64,000 bases of DNA, taken from NCBI GenBank assembly GCA_951406725.2, contig OX597823.1:1488001-1552000 (forward strand), given 5' to 3'. How positions within the stretch are numbered: the first letter of the stretch is position 1; every line of letters begins with the position of its first letter. Below, piece after piece: positions 25,078 through 36,890 of this stretch. The translations under genes and the position numbers were made by a program. Source of the stretch: Octopus vulgaris. Lineage: Eukaryota. The notes below the pieces were generated by a model. It searched no databases. It was not told where the DNA came from and was given only the letters and a program-made list of their open reading frames with translations.

Positions 25078-25289
25078 TTCCTCATCGATGATAGTTGCTG
25101 TGGTTCCTTATGTCTAGGGAGGGAGGAGAGATCCAATTTAATCGCGGATTCCTGAGGTAAATCCATGACCAAAAATTGTAATCTAACCATTCTCTCTGAT
25201 CATGGATTTACCATAGGAATGCTCGATTGGATCTCTCCCCACCTCTCTCTCTCTGGACATAAGGAACAACATCTATCATTGATGAGGAA
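25078..25289. repeat. Diverged inverted repeat (~90-bp arms)
   Basis: ttcctcatcgatgatag / ctatcattgatgaggaa; gttccttatgtc / gacataaggaac; gagagatccaat / attggatctctc; ggtaaatccatga / tcatggatttacc. Confidence 0.75.
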
Positions 25290-25482
25290 CTTTATTCCAC
25301 TTCTACTCTCCCTGGTGGAGTTTTCGCTCGACACGATATTCCAACACCTGGGATATCCCAGAAACAGCTGTTAGAGACTATTTCTACCTTTCATTATAAA
25401 GCTAAATTAAATTAAATATCCTTGTCAAGTACTGTCAAATTGTTTGCCTTTCTTTTTTACTTTAAGTTATATATATTTTTTA

Positions 25483-25562
<80 letters not shown>

Positions 25563-26641
25563 TGAAGACACACAAACATATATTGTAAAAACACAAAACA
25601 TTGGCGTATAGATTACACGGTTGAGTAAAGTTCCTCTGAACCGAATCTGAAAATTGGTTTCAATCCCCAACTGCGTATATCTAATTTCTTTCGTGATACT
25701 GAAAACATTGGTAAAGGGACGAACTTCGTAAATCTACTTACAGTCTGTGGAAATCGGAAGTTCCATATTCTATCAAAAAACGGCAAAGAGAAGCAATTCT
25801 TGATGTATCACGTTCAAGTAGTTTGACATGTCAAGTGCATCTCCATCCAACCATCTTTAAAGTATTAGTGTCTGATGGAATGGCTATCAGAGATATGCCT
25901 TTCATATCAACTATATGTATTGTATGCTTTCTCATCTATAAGAGAGTAAATGAAAAACTTAGATTATCTGAAATTGTTCATCCACTTTGTAATGATTAAA
26001 GAAGAAAATGTAAAAACAAACGAAGAAAATAATAACTTTAATGATATCAACCAATCGAATGTTTTGTCAAAAAATAGATAAAGAAATAAACGATCAAAAC
26101 ATTTTTTTTAATTTGTAAAAGAATTCACTCAACTTAATATAAAAGAAAAAATATATAAACTAATATCTTTACTAACACACACTAATAAAACATTCAGATA
26201 CAATTGAATTTCAGCAAATTTTCAAATCTTTACCAAACTTTCGGTTTTACTTTATATTTTAAAGAACAAGATTAACTATTGATTAATTGTTGTGTTCCAA
26301 TGGAAAATTTTGCTCTCAATTTTCTTATAAAACCCTAAAATATTTTTCTTTAAGATATTTGCTTTTCATGGAGAAGAAATCTGCGTGTAAAACACCGATT
26401 TCTATCGGAGATATCATCTGAAAGCCTAACCTGGTTCAAGAAACTTCATGACACCATGAATATATGCATACAATTATATATGCACACAAATTTTCTAATT
26501 TATATATATATATTATATTTTGTGAAATTTGATTTAAAATTTCTAAATTGAATTTTTCCCTGTAAGTTTGGAATAATATTCCCTCATATTATATACACAC
26601 ATATATATATGTATATATATATACATATACATATATGTATA

Positions 26642-26704
<63 letters not shown>

Positions 26705-26708
<4 letters not shown>

Positions 26709-26932
26709 GAAATGAAGAAAATGCTGACAAAATAATTTAAGTAAGGGAGAGTGTATTTAATTAGGTGAAAGTTCTTTTACCCCAACACCAACTTCCATTC
26801 AAACATTCACGTGACCCCTTTATAACGTGAATGTTTGAATGGAAGTTGGTGTTGGGGTAAAAGAACTTTCAACTAATTAAATACACTCTCCCTTACTTAA
26901 ATTATTTTGTCAGCATTTTCTTCATTTCCTTT
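26705..26932. repeat. Near-perfect foldback, ~108-bp arms, 12-nt spacer, in (TA)n context
   Basis: 26705-26812 is the reverse complement of 26825-26932 with one mismatch seen. Confidence 0.92.
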
Positions 26933-26970
26933 TTTTATATATCACAACTCGTATTCCACATCTCCTTTTT

Positions 26971-27006
<36 letters not shown>

Positions 27007-27014
27007 AGTTTATT

Positions 27015-27302
27015 TGCCAACATAACGTGGAAGTCCAACATGGGACTATGTTACTACTTTTTAACCCCCGGAAAGCATCTTTTCCAGCTGGTTTATCGAC
27101 ACTTGGTCTGTCCGAGATATACTGCAAGGGAAATTACCCAGAAACCATTGGTCAGCTGGTACTACTAACGGCTAGAAGTTAGTAGTAAGCCCCTTGCTTA
27201 CAGTATGTCTCAGACACAGACCCTGTGCGGACAAACCAGCTGGAAAAGTTGTTTTCCTTGGGTTAAAAAATGTTATATTGTCTTATGCACGTTATGTTGG
27301 CA
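27015..27302. repeat. Long diverged inverted repeat
   Basis: tgccaacataacgtg / cacgttatgttggca; cttttccagctggttt / aaaccagctggaaaag; ggtctgt..gagatatactg / cagtatgtctc..acagacc; tactactaac / gttagtagta. Confidence 0.8.
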
Positions 27303-27367
27303 GTTACACTTTAATATTCAGGACTATTTCTACATCTCATTCAGAGATTTAAAACTAGTTGTTCTCC

Positions 27368-27445
<78 letters not shown>

Positions 27446-27476
27446 ATATATGTGTATGTATATATATATATGCATA

Positions 27477-27562
27477 TATATGTATCAAAAGAAAAAGAGG
27501 ACGCAAAGGTAACATATGTACCGCAAAATCCTTTGCGCCCTGTTTTTCTTTTGATACATATA
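27477..27562. repeat. Short foldback (~33-bp arms)
   Basis: tatatgtatcaaaagaaaaagaggacgcaaagg / cctttgcgccctgtttttcttttgatacatata. Confidence 0.8.
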
Positions 27563-27679
27563 TCCTATCACCTATATAGGTGCTTACATTTATCAAGTAT
27601 TCACCCTGAATTTATATATGCATATATGTATATATATATATACACACACACACATACACACACACATATATATATATAT

Positions 27680-28150
27680 ATGGAAAAAAAAGTCAAGATA
27701 CAAAAAGGCTAAAATAATTATATAAAAAACATTTCAGTGCCGGTTTTAGTCATTGTGACTTTTTCAACTGTAACAATTAGATTTTAAAAAATTAAAGTAA
27801 AGTTTTTTTAAAAGAATATTTGTATAGTGTTCAAATACAAGTGGCATTTTCCTTGTTTCTGCCTGCCTCTGTCTCTCTTGTTTACTCTTGTGGGTTCGAG
27901 GTCGTTGTGAATTCTTGGTAGGGAAGAAGAAGAAGAAGAAGAAGAAGAGGAGGAGGAGGAGGAGGAGGAGGAGAAGAAGAAGAAGAAGAAGAAGAAGAAG
28001 AAGAAGAAGAAGAAGAGGAGGAGGAGGAGGAGGAGGAGAAGAAGAAGAAGAAGAAGAAGAAGAAGAAGAAGAAGAAGAAGAAGAAGAAGAAGATGATGAA
28101 GAGGAAGAAGAATGTGGGAGTGCCATGACTGTAGTATGTTGAATGGTCAG
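27680..28150 (-). mobile_element. Penelope-like pseudo-LTR / 3' remnant, copy 2
   Basis: Homologous to 5605-6040; hammerhead-like motif 27735-27770 (CAG-UUGAAAA-AGUCA-caa-UGACU-AAAA-CCGG-CA-CUG). Confidence 0.6.
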
Positions 28151-28552
28151 CGCAATAATTGCAATTTTGAAAAATTGTGAAAATGGAAATTGAAATTGAA
28201 ATGTAGAAAAGTCTCTTTTAGTTCGTAATATATACTAGAGGCATGTTAATCTGTACATTTGTGTGTAATTTAAAATACTAGTTCCTCATTGTGTCAATGT
28301 TGAATTATTATTGACAAAGGAAAAATCCTTGGTCAATATAATGTAATATAAATGAAATATATATATATATATATATTTATATATATGTATATATATATAT
28401 ATATATTTATTAATTAATAAGGGTGAGCTAACAATCGTACTGACTTTCATGGGAAGCATGTATTTTTGTGGTTGAAACCTATTGGATCTATTACTAGTGC
28501 TAGAGTGAGCCACATAGTGACCACTCTCTTATATTTATTTATATATATTTAT

Positions 28553-28585
<33 letters not shown>

Positions 28586-28660
28586 GTATATATATATATA
28601 TTTATATATATAAGTATATGAAAGAATGGAGTTGAACGACTAGTTAACAAATATCCTTTA

Positions 28661-28743
28661 TTCTCGACATATGTTTCGAAGGCTGCATATTCCTAATTCC
28701 GAAGGAATAAGGAATACATTATGCAGATTTCTCATCAGGAAAA
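28661..28743 (-). ncRNA. Type I hammerhead ribozyme with extended stem II
   Basis: Minus strand UUUUC-CUGAUGA-GAAAUCUGCAUA...UAUGCAGCCUUC-GAAA-CAUAUG-UC-GAGAA; canonical core, palindromic stem III, GUC triplet. Confidence 0.8.
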
Positions 28744-29025
28744 TCAAGGAACTTATGTCGACATCAAAATGCACAAAAAACTTTTAGCTGACCGCTCTCA
28801 AGGAGCCCATGGCGATAATGCGTGTCTCTTTATAATGAGTGACGTCAGAGTGGCTGAATGTAGAAGAATCTAGAAGTTTCTAAAGGTTCAAGAGTTCAAA
28901 CGAAGTAGGAGGAGGGAGGCATAAGAATAGTAAGGTGAGAGAGTGCAGGTCAAAAGAATGGTGGGTTTAAATGATTTCTTTTGTGAATGAGTGCCTGTGC
29001 GTGTGTGACTGTATATAACTGTCTT

Positions 29026-29283
29026 AATGATAAGAGAAAGCAACACAGCACGGGGCTAAGCAAATTAGTCTGGCGTCTGAAGAACAATAACACTACGTTC
29101 AAGCTCGAATGGTCCATTTTGTCGGTGTCCTTCCCGTTTGATAAAGGCAGAAAATTTTGAGGCATCTGTAATTCCGAACTTTATCATATTTTGTTCGTCA
29201 AAGGCCCTTTAATAAACGCAATCGTCGAAAGATCCTACAGGTGTTTACACTGAAAAAGACACACCTTTCACTCATATAAATAG
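29026..29283 (+). pseudogene. PLE GIY-YIG endonuclease C-terminal remnant
   Basis: NDKRKQHSTGLSKLVWRLKNNNTTFKLEWSILSVSFPFDKGRKF*GICNSELYHILFVKGPLINAIVERSYRCLH*KRH; fits the ST.LSK..W.LK..W.IL..CxxC..LN..C.H pattern of PLE EN tails. Confidence 0.75.
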
Positions 29284-29843
29284 TGACTAATATAGATAAC
29301 CCCTCGATTTCCAAAAACAATTTTGCTATATTTCACCCCAATAGTCAAAAAGATTTTCTTATATTCCCAATTACTACTATCCATTCTTGCATTACCTCTC
29401 ACCTCGCCCGATTCTTTCTCCCTTTCGCTATCCACTTTCCTTTCTCTACAGTAAACATAATCGAACACACAGATACAGACCTTTCAACTCACAGCTGTCA
29501 GTTTTCTGACATCTACCCATCCACAAACACAATCACGCATTCAGACACACACATACACACATTAAGACAGTTATATACAGTCACACACACAGGCACTCAT
29601 TCACAAAAGAAATCATTTAAACCCACCATTCTTTTGACCTGCACTCTCTCACCTTACTATTCTTATGCCTCCCTCCTCCTACTTCGTTTGAACTCTTGAA
29701 CCTTTAGAAACTTCTAGATTCTTCTACATTCAGCCACTCTGACGTCACTCATTATAAAGAGACACTCATTATCGCCATGGGCTCCTTGAGAGCGGTCAGC
29801 TAAAAGTCTTTTGTGCATTTTGATGTTGACATAAGTTCCTTGA

Positions 29844-29926
29844 TTTTCCTGATGAGAAATCTGCATAATGTACTCCATATTCCTTCGGAATTAGGAATAT
29901 GCAGACTTCGAAATATATGTCGAGAA
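29844..29926 (+). ncRNA. Type I hammerhead ribozyme (second arm)
   Basis: CTGATGA 29849-29855, stem II gaaatctgcata/tatgcagacttc, GAAA 29910-29913, tatatg-TC-gagaa. Confidence 0.75.
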
Positions 29927-30139
29927 TAAAGGATAACTAGTCGTTCAACTCCATTCTTTCATATACTTATAATTTTAAAATAAACATACAAATTTCCGCA
30001 CGAAGACACGTAGTCTATGCCCTAGGGACGTAGCTTCAACCGTGTTCTTTCTGATGTGAATTTGCTACCCAGGTATCGGTTATCTTTCGAATTATCCTTA
30101 ATAAGTTAACTCATTCAATTACTCAAATATATATATATG

Positions 30140-30178
<39 letters not shown>

Positions 30179-30258
30179 TTAATTTTATTTGTTAGGGAAT
30201 AAGAAATTCCGGCATCACAGGAGTTCAAATTATTTTCAATGAGGAAATATATATTTTT

Positions 30259-30598
30259 TTCATTTAGAGATAGTAGGCCCCTTCATCCCACCAAATAAAA
30301 GATTTCAAATTTAAATACTTGCTACTTATATCTCGGATACATGTTTTTCTTGAGGTTCATTTGCCGGTTCCTTAACCATACCGTGTTTTGCTGGAACCTT
30401 TCTTAAAATATAACCCCAATCATCAGGCCTCTATATGATTGGGGTTATATTTTAAGAAAGGTTCCAGCAAAACACGGCGTGGTTAAGGAACCGGCAAATG
30501 AACCTCAAGAAAAACATGTATCCGAGATATAAGTAGCAAGTATTTAAATTTGAAATCTTTTATTTGGTGGGATGAAGGGGCCTACTATCTCTAAATGA

Positions 30599-30599
<1 letters not shown>
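30259..30599. repeat. Near-perfect foldback, ~165-bp arms, 11-nt spacer, abutting (TA)n
   Basis: 30259-30423 is the reverse complement of 30435-30599; the differences seen are at one CpG site. Confidence 0.93.
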
Positions 30600-30670
<71 letters not shown>

Positions 30671-30751
30671 CCCAAGAAATTGAGTGAAAGTGTTACAATT
30701 CGAGTCCACATTTTGAGTTTTATTTTTAAGGAATGAGTAGGAATCAGAAGG

Positions 30752-31095
30752 TCAAGTTTGTATATTAAGGTGTGGTCTGTACTATTGTATAAACAGGTTT
30801 TCCTTGTTTAGGCGTTCTTGTTAGGAGATTGAATCTTTGCACTGGTATAATGGAAAAATATAGAAATTCGTTTTTTTATTTCTTGCGCATCTGTGAATAT
30901 GTTCGCCCAGAGCTATCTGCCTGTATTGAGGAAAACGAATCTGTTCTTTATGCAGCGTAACTCTGCTTCTCAAAGTAAGACTCGTTTGGCCCACATAATT
31001 GTGGCCACAACCTGAGCAGGTTAGGACATAAATCAGGTTCTGAGAGGCACATGTGAACTTGGTATAAATTTTAAATATTTCTCCTTGCTGGAATG
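30752..31095 (-). pseudogene. PLE GIY-YIG endonuclease remnant (second PLE type)
   Basis: Manual translation FKIYTKFTCASQNLIYVLTCSGCGHNYVGQTSLTLRSRVTLHKEQIR..GEHIHRC..ERLNKENLFIQ*YRPHLN: LIY-CxxC-YVGQT, R..H, E and LN motifs; two stops. Confidence 0.85.
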
Positions 31096-31109
31096 AAAGT
31101 TTGAAAGTT

Positions 31110-31910
31110 GCGGGATCTTGTTTTTAATTTCTTTCGGGATAACATTGAAAAGAGCAGGACATTGTGTGGCAATGTTTATTATGTGATGTGATCTCGACCT
31201 TTGTAGGGAACGTAATTCACGAGGGCCTAGTCTTGGGCGAATTGTAAACATAATACCGATATCATTTGGATAATATTTATTTATTTGTTGCCCACAGGGA
31301 GCTAAACATAGAAGGGACAAACAAGGACAGACAAATGGATTAAGTCGATTAGATCGACCTCAGTGCGTAACTGGTACTTATTTAATCGAATCCGAAAGGA
31401 TGAAAGGCAAAGTCGACCTCGACGAAATTTGAACTCAGAACATTTCACCCGGCGTGCTAATGTTTCTGCCAGCTCGCCGCCTTTTATCATTTGGATAATA
31501 TTGATGAAATATTTTCCACGTGGTGCAAATAATGTATCGCTCATGGTGGCGTTGCAGAGGATGGAGTTTCAGCTGTTTAAGTCGAGCCCAATAATCAAGT
31601 CCCATCATGCCATTTAGTTTTTTAGTGATTGATCTTTGTGCCGCTTCGATCCTCATTATGTCTTGTTTTTTGTAGGGGGACAACAATGGGCAGCAGTATT
31701 CGAGGTGGGGGCCTAGCGAATGTGGAGAAGAGAAGGATGATGGTTTCCTGATCCCTAGATGGAAAAGTTCTGAGGATCTGTGAACACATTCTGCGGGTGA
31801 TATCGACTATGGTTACTGTCAACATTTACACCTAAGTTTCTGATATTATCCGACGTTTCAAATAGGTCTCCCGACGGTAGTGTATAAGGTTGTTTGAGTG
31901 CGCCCTCTTT
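31110..31910 (-). mobile_element. CR1/L2-group LINE 3' ORF2 fragment interrupted by a SINE
   Basis: ILRTFPSRDQETIILLFSTF, LDYWARLKQLKLHPLQRHHERYIIC, PRLGPR, PALFNVIPKEIK; related to 19972-20759. Confidence 0.85.
31278..31484 (-). mobile_element. SINE (8401 family) with 18-bp target-site duplication
   Basis: TSD tatcatttggataatatt at 31260-31277 and 31485-31502. Confidence 0.9.
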
Positions 31911-31920
31911 TACAAAGATA

Positions 31921-32805
31921 CGAGGAAGTATATTAAAGAAAACTGCAATTTTGCACTATTATTTTATTCACTTTGTTTATACTTTTATTGCCTTCAAAAT
32001 ATTCTCCATTTGAAGCAATGCTTCAGTTCAGACGCGTTTTCTACTGTTCGAAGCAGAACTCTTGCGAAGTGATGTCTTTTAACGTTTCCCTCGTTTCTTT
32101 TCTTCACCTCTTCCACATCTGCAAATTCCGTAGCACCGGTTTTCGTCACCAGTGATGACCTTCCAAAAAAAGGTCCGGATCAACTTCCGGCTGTTCTTTC
32201 AGTTCACGGCACTCATTCAGTCATGATCTTCCATGAGCAAGCATGACACAAATTTTGCCGCAACTCTTTTCATTCGCAATTCCTCGCTCAAAAGTCATTG
32301 GCAAGTGCTCCAGGATACAGCAGTCATAACAGCAAATTCGTCAATTGTTCGGCGACGGTCCTCCAAGATCAGTTCATGAATTTTTGTGATGTTTTCATTC
32401 ATTCGGGAGGTCGACGGTCGCCATGAACGAAATTGGTCTTCAAGCGACAAGTTACAGTTCCTAAAGCATGGAAACCACTCGTAAACTTGCGTTTTACTCA
32501 TTGCAGCATACTTGGAAGCCGTTTGAAGTATGACAACTGTCTTGGTTGCCGTTTTCACCATCAGAAAACAAAATTTCACGGAAGTATGCTGTTTCTTCGT
32601 TACACCCATCGCAAAAATCGACGAACAAGGGAGAAGCTCTGCAAAGAAAAAGAACGCACTACGTAGCAAAACGACCACACCTGACGACGCTGGTCGGCAA
32701 GTGGATGCCTGAGGGCGGTATCAAGTGCCTTCTAGCGGCGAAAACCTGAACTACAACGGGCCCGTTCCACAGAGAACGTTTCCGTTTACTTTTAGGTACC
32801 TCATG
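31921..32805 (-). mobile_element. Internally deleted mariner (Tc1/mariner) transposon remnant
   Basis: VKFCFLMVKTATKTVVILQTA..MSKTQVYEWF..SLEDQFRSWRPSTS..ILEDRRRTIDE (HTH), VITGDE, C-terminal GEYFEG; TA|CGAGG terminus. Confidence 0.85.
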
Positions 32806-33308
32806 TTAGACCGTTACCCCTACATACTTTTTCTCACTCCGTTTTTTCATTCTCTTGCCATTTTTCCCTCTCATCTCTTTCTGTCGAAGACTTTTCCATT
32901 CTTCCCGGGTGTTAAACTAATACACCTGCAGGTTGTTCCTTCACCTGTCTTTGTCTTTCGTTTTCTGTAAATTTGAACTATATACATACATATATACACA
33001 ATGAATATCAAACAGGAACATTTGTGACAGAACATATGATTTATAGGAAAATCCTAAACACCGCGTATCTTGATATATTTGTATGTTTGTAAGTACATAG
33101 ATACCATATGTGTATATCTATATGTAGAAGTGTTTGTTTGTGTTTGTGTGTGTGCGTGTGTGTGTGCGTGTGTGACTATATTACACAAACTCACACACAG
33201 AAAACGTAAAATCGCTCTTATATAAAAATGTGTTACATTGTGTGTCTATGTACGCGTATATATAAATATATACGTATGTGTGTGTCTATGTATGTATATG
33301 TATGTATG

Positions 33309-33346
<38 letters not shown>

Positions 33347-33467
33347 AAGGCAATGACCAGAAAAAGAAGACAACACTCGGGGATATATGTATATATATAT
33401 TTACAAATATGTGTACATATATACACATATATATATGTATGTATATAAACACAAAAACGCACACACA

Positions 33468-33523
<56 letters not shown>

Positions 33524-33531
33524 GTATATAC

Positions 33532-33579
<48 letters not shown>

Positions 33580-33703
33580 ACACATAAACGGACACTGTGT
33601 CACTGACGTCAATGATTTCTCTCTATAGAATCTTGATGACGTCAGTAGTTTATCGCTTAAACTATATAACTGAATCTGAATATATCAAGGTTCAATACAC
33701 ACA

Positions 33704-33799
<96 letters not shown>

Positions 33800-33947
33800 T
33801 GTTTGTATATGATTGTTAGGCAGAAAGAATATATTACGCACTACCATAAATGACCAAAAATTGAAGTTTGACAGAACACAGAAGCGAAAGATAAGAATTA
33901 TTATTATTGTTGTTTTCTTATTATTAGGACTAAGAACAACAACAACA

Positions 33948-34157
<210 letters not shown>

Positions 34158-34700
34158 GGTGCAGAAATCTGTAAAGAGTGAGGAAGGAGCGTGGAAGCAA
34201 TAGGCAAGAAAGGTAATAAGAGATATGGAAGAGGAAAGAGAAGATGGGGAGGAGTGGAATGGCTTCGGTTGTGATTCCGTTAAATAAAGCTTAACTGAGT
34301 CACATAAAACGGCCAGAATAAGAATAAAATTTGTAAATGAAATCACAGCAACATTTTTAAGAACATATCAAAGCAAGGCGCGCGAAATAACTCACATGAC
34401 CTGACACAAACACACACACACACACACTTATGTATATGTTATCCCTATATACATATATAAATTTATATATTCATATATATTCATATATATGTTATATACA
34501 CACAGAGACACACACATATATATATGTATGTATGTACATATATATATGTATATACGTATATATATATGTGTGCGTGTATGTATGTAGGTATGTAAATACA
34601 TATATATGTATGTATGTATGTATGTATAGATAAATAGTTAATTGTATTTGTCCCCTCTGTTTTCAGCCCCATGTGGTTAATAAAGAAACATATATTTCTT

Positions 34701-34849
<149 letters not shown>

Positions 34850-34915
34850 CAAGGTAACCCCATAGAGCGGGCATATCTATATTTATTTATCTGCCAATCT
34901 ATCTATCTATCTACC

Positions 34916-34973
<58 letters not shown>

Positions 34974-34974
34974 A

Positions 34975-35135
34975 TGATGGGCTTCTTTCAGTTTCTGTCA
35001 ACCAAGTCCACTCACAAGGCTTTGGTCAGCTCGAGGTTATAGTAGAAGACACTTGCCGAAGCTACCACGCAGTGAGATTGAACCCGGAACCATGTGATTT
35101 GGAAGCAAGCTTCTTACCATACAGCCACGCCTGTA
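34975..35135 (-). mobile_element. tRNA-derived SINE 5' part (39574 family)
   Basis: Reverse complement of the 39574-39735 head and core. Confidence 0.8.
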
Positions 35136-35144
35136 TGTATGCAT

Positions 35145-35175
<31 letters not shown>

Positions 35176-35924
35176 CATATATATATATATATATATATGT
35201 ATGTATATGTATGTATATATACATATACATACATATACATACATTCACACACACACACATATAAGTCACTGTCAAAACTATTTTTGTTAAAGAATAATAA
35301 ATTTGTACTCTCTAAAAATATAGAGTAACCTTCTACATTAATGTACAATGTATTTATTATAACTGAATATAAAAACACACACACATACCTACATACTTAC
35401 ATACATACATACATATATATACTGTTGACACACACACATACATACATACACACATACACTGTTGACGTCATAAAAATAAGCTTCGAAACAATGCGAAACC
35501 CTGTATTTATATACTAAGAAATAGTATGTAACTATAGTGTTAAAATTCCTTTGACTATAAAAAGTCGAAGGACTCCTGTGAGAGCCGAATCCACTTCTCC
35601 TTTAAACATGTCTGGCGTTGTGGACAAAGCAATTCGTTCAAATTTCTCTGTCCATTTTAGATACTTTATCCTTGCCAATTAAACTTGGAGGCCTTTGACA
35701 TTTATAATTGCTCACATCAGAATTACAAAATATTTTTTCAAAGACCCTCATCAAGTACGACCTAATAACAATGCAAGTTTCATTAAGCATCAGAGCTGGT
35801 TGTTTAGAGATACGTTTTCTGGTCCTCGTAATAAACCTTGTTTGATAGAAGACTTTCTGCAGTTTTGGAACTATACACGCACGTATAAAAACATACACAT
35901 TCGTCTATTGATACACACCACTCA

Positions 35925-36127
<203 letters not shown>

Positions 36128-36130
36128 GCA

Positions 36131-36470
36131 TGAAGGCGCATGGCGCAGTGGTTAGAGCGTCGAGCTTACGATCGTGAGGTTGTGAGCTCGAATCCCGGAC
36201 CGGGCTGCGTGTTGTGTTCTTGAGCAAAGGACTTTATTTCACGTTGCTCCAGTTCACTCAGTTGTAGAAATGAGTTGCGACGTCACGAGTACCAAGCTGT
36301 ATCGGCCCCTTTTGCCTTTCCCTTGGATAACACTGGTGGCGTGGAGAGGGAGGCCGGTATGCATGGGCGACTGCTGGTCTTCCATAAACAACTATGCCCA
36401 GACTTGTGACTAGGAGGGTAACTTTCTAGGTGCAATCCCATGGTCAGTGTCGTGACCGAAGGGGGTCCTG
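36131..36470 (+). mobile_element. tRNA-derived SINE (third family)
   Basis: tggcgcagtggttagagcg A box, gctcgaatccc B box, then gtgttgtgttcttgagcaa..acttt..ttgctccagttcactcag core. Confidence 0.8.
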
Positions 36471-36499
36471 GATCCTGGATATATACGCAGAATATCTCA

Positions 36500-36890
36500 C
36501 GTTGTTGCATAGTGAGAATCTGGCCTCCCAACAACGTGGTGCCGGGCTCAGTCACATTGCGTGGCATCTTGAACAAATGTTTTCTACTATAGCCTCAAGC
36601 CGACCAAAGCCTTGTGGTAGACGGAAACTGAAAGAAGCCTTTCGTATATATGTGTGTGTTTGTGCGTGTGCTTGTGTATGTGTGTGTGTGTATCTATGTG
36701 TAAGTGTCGTTTTGTCTGTGTTTGTTCCCCACCACTGCTTGACAGCCGGTGTTGGTTTGTTTTCGTCCCCGTAAGATAGCGGTTCGGCAAAAAGAGTTTG
36801 ATAGAATAAGTTCCAGGCTTTAAAAATACTGGAATCAATTCATTCCACTAAAAATCTTTGAAGACGTTACCCGAGAATGGCTGCATTCCC
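36500..36890 (+). mobile_element. Diverged SINE (39574 family)
   Basis: tctactatagcctc..ccgaccaaagccttgtg..gtagacggaaactgaaagaagcc, (TG)n, cttgacagccggtgttggtttgttt. Confidence 0.75.

Larger units (their letters stand above)
28610..29970 (+). mobile_element. 5'-truncated Penelope-like element with inverted pseudo-LTR
   Basis: Arms 28610-29028 and 29561-29970 are inverted copies; between them lie an endonuclease C-terminus and 3' UTR; each arm has a hammerhead motif. Confidence 0.85.

Noticed and set aside
36135-36205. tRNA gene (also heads at 19635-19706, 39575-39645)
   Set aside because: A/B boxes are present but run into SINE cores and do not close a proper cloverleaf.
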